Assembly: GCA_973895155.1 (NCBI GenBank)
Contig: OZ316899.1
Coordinates: 4,529,241-4,593,240 of the forward strand
DNA: 64,000 nt
Source of the DNA: Marsupella aquatica
Taxonomy: Eukaryota > Plantae > Marchantiophyta
Direction of reading: 5' to 3'
Shown piece by piece: positions 43,340 through 55,975 of this stretch. How positions within the stretch are numbered: the stretch's first letter is position 1; each line of letters starts with the position of its first letter. Both the position numbers and the translations under genes were made by a program. A model generated the notes under the pieces. That model saw nothing but the letters and a program-made list of their open reading frames with translations, ran no database searches and was not told where the DNA came from.

Positions 43340-46300
43340 TTCGGTCTAACTGCGCTCGGCATGCACGTTAGGAGTGTCTTAGGTCGCTATTATTAGCAAA
43401 ACGACAGTATTTAGGTAATCATTATGGGTAGGATATCATTAGGCAACAAGGGGGAATTCAGGTTCGGACTGGCGGCTGGTCGCTATTCGCACACCCGGGT
43501 TACGAGCGTGGAGGGGCCCCTCCGTCGGGTCCGTATAACAAACTTAAGGAAGCGGCCACTGACACGCGCTGACTCAGACCGGCGGAGTGGCCGACACATC
43601 ACAAGCATGAGCGGTTCAGCCTATGGGCGTCGAGGAAACATCGGGGGATCGACAAGCCCTCAAGGTATAAAAGGGGAGCCAACCCTTTGTAGTGCACCAG
43701 TCCATCAGTCCACGCGCCAGCTTCGACCCTAGCTCTCTCGTTTGCTCTAAGTCGCCACTACTATCTCCTCTGAATGTCGCACACGATCCTCTCCAGCTCG
43801 GCCATTCGATTCTGGATGCAGTTCCTATCTACCGGAAGGCACTTGGCCGACTCATTGAAACATGCCAACCTGCGCCGATACGAAATCGAACGCGAGTATG
43901 AGAGAGCCATCCGCCTAGCAGGACGACACCACTACATCCTTAACTTTGACTACCCGTCTCAAAGCGAGCTTTATCGACCAGCAGAGGTATCCGAGTACTT
44001 CTTCAACGGAGACAAATATATCGGGTTCTGGGAAGCATTGCTTCGGCTTCCGGACGAGGTCTTCAATATCCCGGGTACGATCAACTTGCAATGACATCAC
44101 TTTGACCACATCCCTGCTCAGGTTTGGGCTATCATCAACAGCGAGTCCAGCACTACCCGTTCGACAAGGTCGTCTGCACTCACTTCGGAGAACTTCTACC
44201 AGCACCTACAGAGCTTCATAGAAACTCGGCCAGCAACCAACATGACCAACTCAGTCGTACCCGTACCCGTACCCATACAACCTCAGGCTCAGCTTCAGCT
44301 TCAGCCTCAGCCGCAGCCTAGCCAAACCCCACCACCAATCGCCCAGCCAGCACAAGTATGCTCCGTCATCAATGCTGTGGATCTTAGCGATGACGACGAG
44401 GCTACCCTACCCTTGACGAGGCGGCCCAGAGGAACAAGCGCTCAGGGGGCCGACACTATATCGTCCCCACCCCCTGCTCTGACCCCAGGAGCGGCCCCGG
44501 CAGACAACATGGTGACCGTGGCCGACCCGGGCCCGTTACTAACGGCAGTGGCACTACCCAGGCCCGATCGGGAGGATGGGGAGGTGTCACCTTCCCCGAG
44601 CCAGTCACGGGGGAAGAAGAGGAAGGAATCCGCCACTGCATTCGGGTTACCGTTGGCCATGGTAGCCCTGGCCAAGGTGACGATGCACCGCATGGGGGAA
44701 AACGTTCACAAAAACATCCTCCATCCCAAGCATGCGGTGTACCTGAAGACTCAGGGATTCGAGCACCTCACCTCCCTCCCCTGGAACACTTGCAGGTACT
44801 ACGGGGAGGACATGACGGAGTTCGTCAGGAATTATGACGACGCGCGTCAACATACTCGGCTGCGGGGAAGGAGTATGTCCCTCACGGAAGAATGGCTCAG
44901 GATGATCTTCGGGTTACTCGAAGGTGACCATCGAGTCGAATCACGGGCTCCCGGGGGCAAGGGAGCCAAGTACCAATCTTCAAGTTTTCCCTCAGAGGGA
45001 GCAGTGGACAACGGGTTCATGATGAAGACCTGCCTCATCCCCGAGATAGCTGAGCAACTGGAGTTCCAGAGGTACGCCCTCCACATGATGGAACCCCGGG
45101 GCGAGATCTCCGCCACCCAGGTTATCCAGGTCAAGAACTATCGACCTAGGAGGTGGGCGTCGTACTTCGCTAAGAAATTCCATGAAGAGATGGAGCGGCG
45201 AAGGAAGACGCTGTACATTGGCGGGAAGGCGTATTTTGCTAGCCACATCGAGATCATTCTTGAGTGGTACGCCCGGTTTGATCGACGAACCCTTCCCCGT
45301 GTCAACGTTACAAAGCTGGTCCCAGCTAGGTGGGTTTTCCCGGCCTTGGAGAGACAGCCCCAACCCGAGGCCCGAAGTCCAGCGGACACGCCAGCTTCAC
45401 CCACCCCACCTCCACAAGTAGCTGTAGTCGTAACCGAAGAGGTACCGGATGGGTCGGTCGTCGCAACCGTTGATGCAACCCAACAAGCCGGGCTAAGTAC
45501 AGAAGTCGGTACGACGGAGGTCTTACCCGAGCCAGGGTCTCCCAAAGACTCACCGGTGGCTATTCCGGAGAACCGGACATTGCTGCAGGAGGACACTCCA
45601 GCCCCTTCCAACGTTATGTCCCCAGGGCTGGACGTCATTGCCCCGGCCCCCGCGCGTGTTGATGTCTGCCCGTGCCCAACTCCGGACAGGCACAACCTGG
45701 ACCACCCGGAACTCTTCGTACCGGGTACATTTCTGAACGGGCTTCTAAGAGATTTCTCTCATCAAATTGCCCGGGATACCGGGGAGTTCATGGCCCGGAA
45801 GGTAGCCTGTTTCTTCAATCAGGAGTTGGTTGCCGCAGTAAAGGTAGGTCGGGCCCAGTCAGAGGCCCTTCAGAGGATAGAGCGGTATCGGGTGGAGTCC
45901 GTGTACCTAAAGAACGAAGTTGCAGCTCAAGAGGCTGAGCTTCTGCAACTACGACCCAAGGTTGCAGCCGCCAATGAGTTGTTAGCAAAGGCGGACGCTC
46001 TTACCGCCCTAGCCGAACAGGCCAAAGCTGGGAACGAGGCCGAGATTACACGACTCCGGAACCAGATTGACAGTTTGAAGAATCAAACTGTCACCTGGCA
46101 GAAAGACCTGAGGAGGCCGAGGAACGGGCCCAACGGGACACGGCGGAGATAGCCACGCTGCAGGCCGAGGTGGCGCGGCTCCAAACCGAGGCCGAGAAGC
46201 AGGACCAGCTGGCGGGTAAACTGACAAGTGACGCCCAGCAGCTGGAGGAGGCTTGTCAGGAGGCAGCAGAGGAGACGGACGCGGCGAGGTGAGAGAACGA

Positions 46301-47307
46301 ATCTCTGCTGGACCAGGTCCAGCTCCTCAAGGCGGACAATGACAGGCTTCGAAGGCAGCGGGATGGCCGCTCCCATTCGGGCGGCTCTGGCAAGCGTGCC
46401 AGGCATTAGCAGCGGTGTAGGAATAGATTAGGATTAGGACTGGCTTAGTCAGGCTCTTGGGACAGGCACCTGCCTTAGGTACAGCAGCGCTGCCGTGCTG
46501 TCCAGCCTGCATAGATTAGGATCTTCTAATAAGACACAGTCGTTTTCCGGCCTGACTGTCAGCTTAGTTAGGACCTTAGTCAGCGAATCTTCGGCGAGAG
46601 GACACCCCGTCCCTCGTCCCTTAGTATTTAGTGCACCCCTCGGTAGAGGCAAGGGGGGGTTTTTAGTTGCAGAGTTGGGCGTCCGCGGTATGTGCGGGGA
46701 GTCCCGACCTCTGGGAATGAAAGAGTACCAAGGGGAGGGGGTAGGACTAAGCTCGCCAGGCGAGTGCGGAGCCGGGCTCCGTTGTAGTGTGTACCCTCGG
46801 CCTTGAACCTGTTCATTCCGGGGCTGTCGGGTCAACTAAGTGTACGCATATGTTCCCTTTGTAGTGAAATCCTTTCCCATCATTTTCCTTCATGTAAATC
46901 GAGATTGTATGCATGTGCGCGTGTATGTGTGTGGGTTTCTCGTATATGGGTGGCAGCGCCAGGCCGAACGCACTACCCGAGACGTGCACAGGGTGCAGCC
47001 TGCGGGTAAGTGGTTGTGAGCACGGGTTGAGGACCTGTATCATCGAATCCGGATCGAAGGCGGACAGCACGAAGGCTTAGAAGCCCTTAAGCCGGGGTGG
47101 ATCCTGCTATCGACTAAGGTACATTCCGGCGGCGGAACACAAACCATACCTAGGAGGTATCCGTATTTAGCAGTATGCGCATTTAGCGCTAGTTTACGAG
47201 AATAAGGTGCATTACGTGCTTCCCTTCCTGCCCGAACCCTCAGATTTACGAGGGATGTGCCCGTCTAAGCTGAAGTCTGAGTTAAGGCCGCAGCCGATGA
47301 CGTGACT
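43307..47307 (+). repeat. Gypsy A 3' LTR (4001 bp)
   Basis: Direct repeat of 17624-21648, preceded by PPT-like AAGCAGGGAGCTA. Confidence 0.95.
43774..46409 (+). pseudogene. LTR-internal accessory ORF of gypsy A (3' copy; pieces 43774-44094, 44242-46152, then frameshifted tail)
   Basis: Same protein as 18091-20750 with lesions at different positions. Confidence 0.8.
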
Positions 47308-47312
47308 GGGTC

Positions 47313-47990
47313 TGATGAGGGAGAGGAGGGTGAGGAGGGTGAGGGTGAGGAGGAGGGTGATGGTGAAGAAGGAGAGGATGGTGAGGGAGAGGAGGGAGAT
47401 GATTCTGAGGCGTCTGTGCCCTTAGAGGGTGCGGCAGAGCGATCAGGGAGGGTGCTGGAGTTACCCCTACCCCTGCAGTCCCTCATGTTGCCTCCACATC
47501 AGCACAGAGAAGTAGGTCACATGGTGTTCATGGTGTGGCCTCCCATCAGTCGGGAGTGTCACGGAGTGCAAGGCCCGGCCCCTCAGGGGGTAGTAGAGGT
47601 GGCGCAGGACCAGGCCATCGCTCTAGAGTACTATCCGGTACACCTGGCTCTTCTCGACGAGTGGGTCGTGACATGGAGGATGGTGGTTCTAGGAGGCAAG
47701 CGCCATCACGTGAGTCTGGTGGGAGTACCGCACGACATGGGCCACAGACAACATCTGCAAGGGATGCATCCCATCACTCTCACAGGTCTACCGGAGGGGG
47801 AGATGGCTCCTTCCACTCTGCCGTGTCAGGGGGTTTAGAGACATCTGTTGCACCTCAGCATCCTAGCGGTGCATCTAGTGGGTCAGGGTCCCGGCCAGCA
47901 TGAGGCCAGCCCACCGGTGAGCAGGTGGTTGCCACGGTTGTGGGCAGCCAGAGAGAGGAGGGGTCTTGTGTTCCTGGACCTGTACCACCC
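47313..47990 (+). pseudogene. Continuation of the TnpA-like gene after the gypsy A insertion (acidic E/G tract plus C-terminal region)
   Basis: Removing gypsy A and one TSD restores the in-frame reading gat gag gag aca ggg tct gat gag gga gag (DEETGSDEGEEG...), continuing in ORF 47302-47838. Confidence 0.6.
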
Positions 47991-48329
47991 CCTCGTTCTT
48001 GCCCGAAGAAGAAGAAGGGACGCAACACACCTTTTTAGAGCTTTGTGGCATGACCTAGATATGTAGTGCATGGTAGCTTTTATACTAGCATATATGTACC
48101 ATCTAGTATAGTAAGCTACCTAGGCTACTACATATTGTACATACCGGGAGGTTTCCCTTTTTGACTATGACATTTTGAGCTTGTACATATAACATTCTTT
48201 TGCATCAATCATAATTTAACCCAATTTGGCCCATTTCACCATGAAACTAACCCTAAACCCTCAAATACCAACCCCATGAGGCCCACTCTTCTATCAAGAA
48301 AGAATCACCCTTGTCCGTTACTAGTCCAA

Positions 48330-48900
48330 TGCAATATACATCGGAAATTCACCTAATTATCCCATGCTTTCAATATCGGGACATCCGATACTCTGCTCTT
48401 TGCACAGTCCTATACTAAACGCATCGGACCCCTCGTCCAGCAAGCATGACAAAAATCCAATGTTCGATACCAAACACTTCGGACCATCTGATATAAAAAC
48501 AATGGGAGTTTCTGATACATTCAACATTGGACCCTCCGATCTATAATCCAACGGATGTTGCGATACTAAAAGCATCGGAAATTCCAATGCTATAAATTAT
48601 GCACATTGTGAAGTTCCAGGTAACGGAAATTTTGATATTATATGTATCGGACACCAAGTTTTGCGATTAAGGTCACCCAAGTGGATATCCGACTCTCTTT
48701 GCATCGGATCCAAAATAGTCCAAAATGGTTTGCTTTGGAAATACCGATGCATAGAGAAACGGAAAGTCCAACGGTTGTCCGATGATTGGTGTCCGATATG
48801 TGCAGAATGGGAACATACGAAGCGGGTTACATCAGAAGTACCAAATTTAGTGTGCAACTTTTGTGAAGGGATCCGATGGAGATGGTATCGGATAAAGGCC
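48330..48900. repeat. Right subterminal array of TCCGAT/ATCGGA motifs
   Basis: Repeated catcgga/gtccgat motifs in both orientations, ending at the right TIR. Confidence 0.8.
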
Positions 48901-48916
48901 CCAAAATGTACTAGTG
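48901..48916 (-). repeat. CACTA right terminal inverted repeat
   Basis: CCAAAATGTACTAGTG followed by TSD ATC. Confidence 0.93.
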
Positions 48917-49057
48917 ATCACTTCCAAACACAAAACTATCAATGCAAAATGGCGAGTGAAATGATCATGCAATTGTCGACGATGATTCAATCTTCCACCA
49001 TGATCCAACACACAAATACTCTCACCACTGCCCAGTTCATCAAACCACAAACACAAA

Positions 49058-49069
49058 GCTCTGATACCA
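49058..49069 (-). promoter_or_regulatory. tRNA-iMet PBS of the older LTR element into which the CACTA inserted
   Basis: Plus-strand GCTCTGATACCA = minus-strand TGGTATCAGAGC, 2 nt from an LTR end (TGTAAG at 49072). Confidence 0.85.
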
Positions 49070-49071
49070 CT

Positions 49072-50820
49072 TGTAAGAAACCATTGGCTCCAGACTAGAC
49101 TGCAATGCGGAACATGAGAGAGACACTCAATCAGACACTACACCAACAAGGCACTTTGAGTGGAGAAACTTCTAAAGGATCCATAGCATATGAGAGTACA
49201 TGTGAAGAATGACGGAGAGAAACTCTCTCTCCAACCTATACCCCCCAAGGGGGATTAAGATGTGTGAGCCTAAATAAGTGGATCTTATCCTAAACTAACC
49301 AAGGGCCAACTAACCCTAGTAAGGCCAAACAACTAGAAGCTGAGAACTAGAGTCAATTCCTAACACATTCTTCTTGGAGATTATGTTCTTGGCGGTTTCT
49401 AGATCCACAACAGTCTTTGAAACATCAACACAGTGACAAAATTCAGGGTAAAGGTTACTTCGTTCTAGACCTAAAGGAGAAGTTGTTGTGCGGGAAACTT
49501 TGTCATGTTGATGGGAGTCATTCTCGTGGATTGTAGTTGAAGCTTTCCTCTTCTGTTTTGTCAATTGTCAAACACTTGTCAAGGAGCTTAAGCGGCTTTT
49601 CTCCCCAAAAGACTACCTAATACCTGCTCCATATCATACCAGGGTCACAAAGGATTGACAAAACTTCTGAAATGCGCCTACAATGTCTAATCACTCCATA
49701 CATAAGTAGTTTCAACTCTCCACTTCTAGAGAGGTAGTCCCCTTGACTACTTTTGTACTCACACCCTTCCCCTCTCCTCTACTCCAAGGATCAGCAAGGG
49801 GGATCTCCGCTCCAAGCTGTCACCTTAGAGTAGATTCTCACACAAACACCCAAGAACCAAAGTACTTTCCTCTTCAAGCTTAAGTCTCCTCAAGACCCTC
49901 AAAGTAGTGTTACCCCTCAACCTTGCCCCCTGGCCTTGGTTTGGGTCCACACATCCCCTTTGAGCTCTAGAGAAGGCTCCTCTATCTAAGGACTCTTCCT
50001 CTTGTTCTTACTTCTTGTTAACACCACACACCAAGCAAAATACTTTCCACCCTCAAGCTATAATCCTTTCTAAGTCTCAAAGTAGTGCTCTACCTTAACC
50101 TTGCCTCCTTGGCCTTGGTTTTGTACTAGCACATCCCCTTTGAGCTTAGACCAAGATTACATCATAGCATGGACTCTTCTCTTGCTCTCATATATTTCAA
50201 ATGCACTCACACTTAATGGTCACAATGAAGATTGGCAAGTCTCCTTTTATTGCATCACCTTTACAACAAAAGTTCACTACACATTCTCCACACTAAGCAT
50301 GGACCACCTCTACCTTCTCGAGCTTAGCTCTACCTTGGCAAGGTAGAGATTCCACTTAAGAGATGAGACTCCCGGTCCCTAACAAATGAAAACATACTCC
50401 TTATATACTATTCTCCTTCCACACCACACCAAGCTTGACCTGGGGTCCAACTACTCCTCCCCCAAGTCCTCCTAACACACAAAGTCCAACTCTATAGTTC
50501 ATAGCCCACCCTACAACCTATTGTTTGCACTCCTTCCAAGCCCTGGAATATGCCACACATGAGTTGCATGCTTTGACCTCCAAACCTGCTCCCACTTATG
50601 GTCCTCCTCACCAGCTTCCCAACCCACTTGAAAGCTCGCAAAAAGAGTGAGTGAGTCTCAAGGTGTGCCTAGTCAAAGATGACCTTATTTTACTATGGGA
50701 TTGATGGATGCAAGCTCAAAAATGGTCGATCCTTGGCCTCTGTGAATCTCTTCAGTGTAGGCAGTAAATGTAGTGATCTGCCTACTTAGTAGTATGATTC
50801 TGGTCAACCTTGCAAGCTTC
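49072..50820 (-). mobile_element. 5' LTR of an older minus-strand LTR retrotransposon (far boundary uncertain); its leader continues at 48917-49057 and 1-696
   Basis: LTR end next to the PBS; internal repeat ccttg..ttggccttggtt...cacatcccctttgagct at ~49921 and ~50099. Right boundary not identified. Confidence 0.5.
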
Positions 50821-51442
50821 AATCAATCCAACTCATTTCTTCATTTGGCATGATTGCATGGATGCATGCATTGAATCCCCTCTAGTACAATTTGGCATCA
50901 GGGCTGACTCCTTTGCAATTTGTGTCTGGAAAATAAACAACCACCATCAAGAATCTACCTCCCATGCCAATGAGATTGCTAGCCAAACGATGCTAGCTAT
51001 GTGAGAAAGTTCAAAAGTAACTTACAACGCATATAAAGTTTCCCCACTGCCTCAATCTCACCGCCCACCAAGAAATCCATCCTTGGAGGGTCTTGAGTTT
51101 CCTAGCATAGCAGTTGTCTTCCTTCCACCACCAATGATCTCATCAACGATTCGATATGCCTGAACATATGTTGGTGCCGTCCTCAGTCTTTCCCATAGTT
51201 TATAATGCTCTTGGTGGAAATCTTCTCAAATACCCTCCAACGTGTGTCTCCAAAGCGATTGAGAAAAGTGGAACACTTCACTATGCTCCTTCTCAAGGTC
51301 ACATACACCTAGAAACAAACCATTCCGCTCTATCTCCATGCTATTTTGAGTGACAAGGAGTCTTTTGCTCTGAGCTCACAAGGAAAAATATTACATAGAG
51401 ACCTATAGTTATGGTCGTACACAGGGGCGCTGAATGTCAACG

Positions 51443-52440
51443 TGTCACGCCAAAAGATTAGTCCTTACACGGATTTTGGCTTCAACTGGCAAAAACTTCA
51501 TTAGTATTGAGGGTTTGAGTAGGGAGGGATGTGCAATCTGTACTTATTCCCATAAACTAGCACTAAGCGCGCCTGACTATACATACATACTTACCACATG
51601 CATACTTTGTATTCCACCGCCGGAATGTACCTTAAGTTGATAGCTCAATTGACCTTGGCTTAAGGACTTCTAAACCTTCATGTTGTCCGCATCCAATTTG
51701 GATCCAATGATACGGAGCCCAACCCGGGCTCGCAACCACTATCTGCAACCAACACCTTGTGCACAACTTGCATAATATGTTTGGCCAAGGGTTTTCTACT
51801 CGTATATGGGATTGATGACTGTGATTGGACTTCACAACATACAATCCAGATTTACACAAAGGAAATGGTGGGGTAAAGACTTTACTAACTTCAAAATCCG
51901 TCATACACATACAATGGTTGACTCAACTTCTCCTGAACTAGCAGGCCCAATGCCGTCAAGCTGCATACTACAATGCGAGCTACAATGGAGCCTTACTCCG
52001 TACTCGCCCAACAAGATTAGTCGTACATTCACCCCTTGGTGCTCTCTATTCCCAAAGGCCGGGACTCCTTGCACATCCCGCGGATACCCGGTTCTAAACC
52101 TAAAGTCCCCCAACCTCTATTGGGGGTGCACTAAATACTGTCTAAGGGCCATAGCCGGGAACGACCACGACGCTGAATCTAACCTACCCTAAGTTCTTCT
52201 GACTATTAGACTGCAAAACGGCGTGTCCTATCCTAAGATTTTGCGCTAAGTGGGGTCGGTCAGATAAGGCAGTGTTGCTAACTAGTTTTGGCATTTGTCT
52301 CTAGCGGCCAACCCCTCTGTCTAATCTTGTCTCTACTCTAAACCTACCCCACCGCTAATGGCTGGCTCGTTTGCCAGACCCACCCAAGTTGGACCTAGAA
52401 TGGCCATCCTGCTACATCCTCAGACGGTATCCTGAGGATA
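51443..52440 (-). mobile_element. Inverted, truncated, diverged relative of the 3' ~1 kb of LTR A
   Basis: Begins TGTCACGCC (reverse complement of the LTR end). Reverse complement aligns by eye with 20650-21648, including TTCCGGCGGTGGAA (51612-51625) and the end of the accessory ORF. Confidence 0.75.
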
Positions 52441-52799
52441 AGCAAAAAGGTGAGAAAGGTCTTGAGAACTCGGGGGTTTCACTTCCATAAAAATGACATA
52501 TCATGTGCAACAAAGGATAAGGTCATTTTATTGGTTCCAAGAAAAAACTTAAGAATTTTTGCAGAAGAACAATAGAGTCTTTTAAATTCAATTTTGAGAC
52601 TTATAAGAACATTAGGGTAATTTTAATCCAATTTTTGGAATATTCTAAGAATATTACAACTTCAAAGGGGTTAAAAAATAACTTTTTTTCTTACATTTTA
52701 GGGGGTCCGAGGCCTAAAAACGTCGTAGGTGATGGGGAGGTCCCCATATAGTGAGACCCTTGAGCTTGAGAAACACGTTAGGTGTATGGCTACTTGAGA

Positions 52800-55700
52800 T
52801 AGTAGACGGTTGCAAACAAGACAACTCTAAGCAACAAGACTTCTAATCAACTTGCAAACCCAATATAGAACATGAAATTTACAAGATATTCAGAGTTGAT
52901 AGCCCATATGTTGTTAGTTGAGAAGCATCAAGAATTATTGCTCAAGAACACCTAGACATGCCCCCCAAGGGACCTTGCCCCCACTCCCCTCTATTGAAAC
53001 TAACTTTGGAGTGCCTACCAATAGTATATGGACACCAGGAAGAGGCTTTAACCAAAACAGAGGAGGAAATCTTCTAGAGGAGGGAGATCTTCTAGAGGCG
53101 GCACATTCCAAGGGTTCAAGGGGAGAGGCAGAGGACGAGGAGGTGAAAGGACCAATTTCACACAAAACAGAGGAGGAAGGAGATGACATGGAAGAACCAT
53201 GTATAATCAAGGGGGCAACCAATCACATCAGCAAGGAGATAAGCATTTCAATACCATAGAACACTTTAGATGTGGCACTAAGGGTCACCTACAAAAATTA
53301 TGTAGGATTCCCTCACATTTAATGGCATTATATAAAAGGATAAGAATCTACATAAACCAGAGTTTCATGGAATATTTCTAAAGAATGAGGAATGTCTAGT
53401 AGAGTACACACAAGAAGAAGACCTCCTAGAGACACATATGGTCCATCATAGGCATGACCCTATACCCCTTGATGATGTCAGGAATTGTATAGTTGATAGT
53501 GGCACTTCCCACACAATCTTAAACTGTACAGGCTACTTTACACAAATCACTCCTTCCCATTGGCAAATGACCATAATCATGTGAAGTAACCAAATAAAGA
53601 AGAATATGGACCAGCCACATTTAATTTACCCCAAAGCACAATCCTAAACATAAAATTTGCCATATATGCACCCAACGCCACTAGGAATTTAATTAGTTTT
53701 AACAACATTAGAGAGAATGGCTATCACATCCATACAAACAATAACAAGGACTAGGAAGTCCTACACATATTACAACACACTTCTGATGGATTGAAAATAA
53801 ACTATACATTGTTTGCTTACCCCTTGGGCTTCTATGTTACCCAACTACAACATTTCCATATGGATGCACAAGAGAAGACCCAAACTGAACTTTGGCACAA
53901 TTGATTAGGTCACGCAGGGACAAGTATGTTCCAAAAAATGATGAGAGTAACACGGGTTATCCCACCTAATACACATCCAACATCTATAAAAAACTATGCA
54001 TAGCCTGTTCCCAAGGGAAAACTTGTGCTTAGACCCTCCATGAGATGCCTAAATTCTTAGAGAGATTGCATGTTGATGTGTGTGGCCATATAGACCCACC
54101 AAGTGGACCGTTCAGATCCTTTCTAGTTATGATAAATGCATCCTCTAAATGGTCCCAAGTATCCTTGCTTTCTACCCAAAACCTGGTTTTCCCTAGACTC
54201 TTGACACACATCTTGAAACTTAAAGCCCAATTACCCCAAAACCCCATTAAGGCAATCAAGGTAGATAATGCAGGGGAATTCATTTTTAAGACTTTTGAGG
54301 ACTTTTGCATCATTGTGGGGATAGACACCCAATACCTAATACGGGCACATGTACATTACTTTCCAAAACAGTACTGCTGAATCTGTTATAAAGAGGATAC
54401 AAATGATTGCAAGACCCATTCTAATGCAAACCCAATTACCCACATCAGCTTGGGGTCATGCAATCTTACATGCAACCTCTTTACTCAAATACCGTCTCTC
54501 TGCATATAACACATTGACTCCAAATCATCTGGCTTTTGGATAGACCCCAACCTATCTCACCTCAAGACATTTGGTAACTGTCAAATATTAGTTCCCATAA
54601 TGGGACCCAAGCATACCAAGATGGGCCCCCAAAGGCAAAAGGGTAACTATTTATATTGGTTACAACTCTCCATCCATAATACGCTATTTAGAACCATCCA
54701 AAGCTGATGTTTTCCAAGCTAGGTTTTGCTAATTGCCATTTATTTGAGGATATCTTCCCACCATTTTTTGCGGGACAGAGATTGAATAAACTTGCATCAA
54801 ATGAGGTGAAATGGTAGACAACACCCACTTTTTGGAATGACCCAAGAACGAGACAATGTGAAGATGAGGTCAGGAGGATACTACAATTGGCAGAGAAGAT
54901 GGAATAGCTGCCACATGCATTTATTCATCTTGCACATGTAACTCGTTCACATATACTTGCTGCCAATGATCCTCCACGTTTGCAGGTGTTGGCTAAACTT
55001 GCTAGTGACCACCCACCAAGAGTAAAACGTGGATGTCCTGTTGGCGCCAAAGACACCCAGCCCAGGAAGAAAAGAGCTCTTAATCCAATTCCATCATCAA
55101 CAACACCTAAGGTAATGTCTACACCAAGTCCCCCTGAAACTCAAGAGAATGAAGAGATTTTCATTCACTATATGAATACTTGGACTATATGGCAAAGACA
55201 AGATATACAAATTGATGACAAATTTGTCTATTTCATTTCCCAAGCTATAACCAATATACCACCAGACCCTAAAACAGTCCAGGAAGCACAAATAGCCCTG
55301 ATTGGTTGGAATGGGAAAAGACAATAAATTCAGAACTTGCTTCCCTATTTAAGAGACAAGTGTTTGGACCTATAATTCCAACACCACCTAATACCCACTT
55401 AACTGGTTATTGTGGACTTTTGTGAAAAGGGGAAATGCAAAAGGTCATGGTGTAAGATACAAGCACGCCTTGTAGCAAAAGGGTACAATACCTGGGCATG
55501 ATTTTGATTTAACATATGCCCCTATAATGGATGCCATCACCTATAGATATCTAGTTGGCTTTCCACTTGGCCATAGATTAACGATGCACCAAAATAGATG
55601 TAGTGACATCATACCTATATGGGTTATTGGATATGCTTATCTATATGAAAGCGCCCCAAGAGCTAATAAGCAGAAATATCTATCATATTCGAAGGGAGAA

Positions 55701-55975
55701 TACCCTCAATAAAAACCTCATAACTCACCTACTTCTACCTCAAATACCACTAAGAGACCCCTAGGAGAGGAAAAGGGGCCAAGACCTATAGTCCTTAACA
55801 TGCACAAAACAGTGAGTGGGCCTATTGTTCCTCGAGGGAATGGACCTATATATTGTCCCTCCCATGCAACACTCCATGCCTTTGACTAAGGATGGATATG
55901 CTGTCCAGATCAATAGATCAATGTATAGACTAAAACAAAGTGGTAGAATCTGGTACAAGAGGTTTAAAGAGTAAA
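52800..55975 (+). pseudogene. Decayed copia of the same lineage as 6238-12025 (gag, PR, INT, partial RT), broken in RT
   Basis: RGRGRG tract, CGTKGHLQKLC, IVDSGTSHT, KFLERLHVDVCGHIDPPSGPF, ESVIKRIQMIARP, MDAITYRYL, LKQSGRIWY; many stops. Confidence 0.85.

Larger units (their letters stand above)
17624..47307 (+). mobile_element. Ty3/gypsy element A (non-chromovirus, Athila-like RT), with ~4-kb LTRs and a nested element B; defective
   Basis: LTRs 17624-21648 and 43307-47307 (TGTGACG...CGTGACA; the 3' copy ends CT). TSD GGGTC at 17619-17623 and 47308-47312. PBS, gag-PR, RT, RH, INT in gypsy order. Confidence 0.95.
697..48916 (-). mobile_element. CACTA/En-Spm DNA transposon, decayed autonomous type, ~10.3 kb after removing nested insertions
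   Basis: Left end CACTAGTACATTTTTG (697); right end CCAAAATGTACTAGTG (48916); first 14 bp are a perfect inverted repeat. 3-bp TSD ATC at 694-696 and 48917-48919. Subterminal TCCGAT/ATCGGA arrays at both ends. Internal TnpD-type transposase and TnpA-like gene. Confidence 0.93.

Noticed and set aside
48245-48265. ctaaccctaaaccct as interstitial telomeric repeat
   Set aside because: Only about two imperfect units; expected by chance in this composition.
50900-51400. Possibly coding-like minus-strand stretch between the old LTR and the inverted LTR fragment
   Set aside because: Stops in all frames and no recognisable motif; cannot be assigned.
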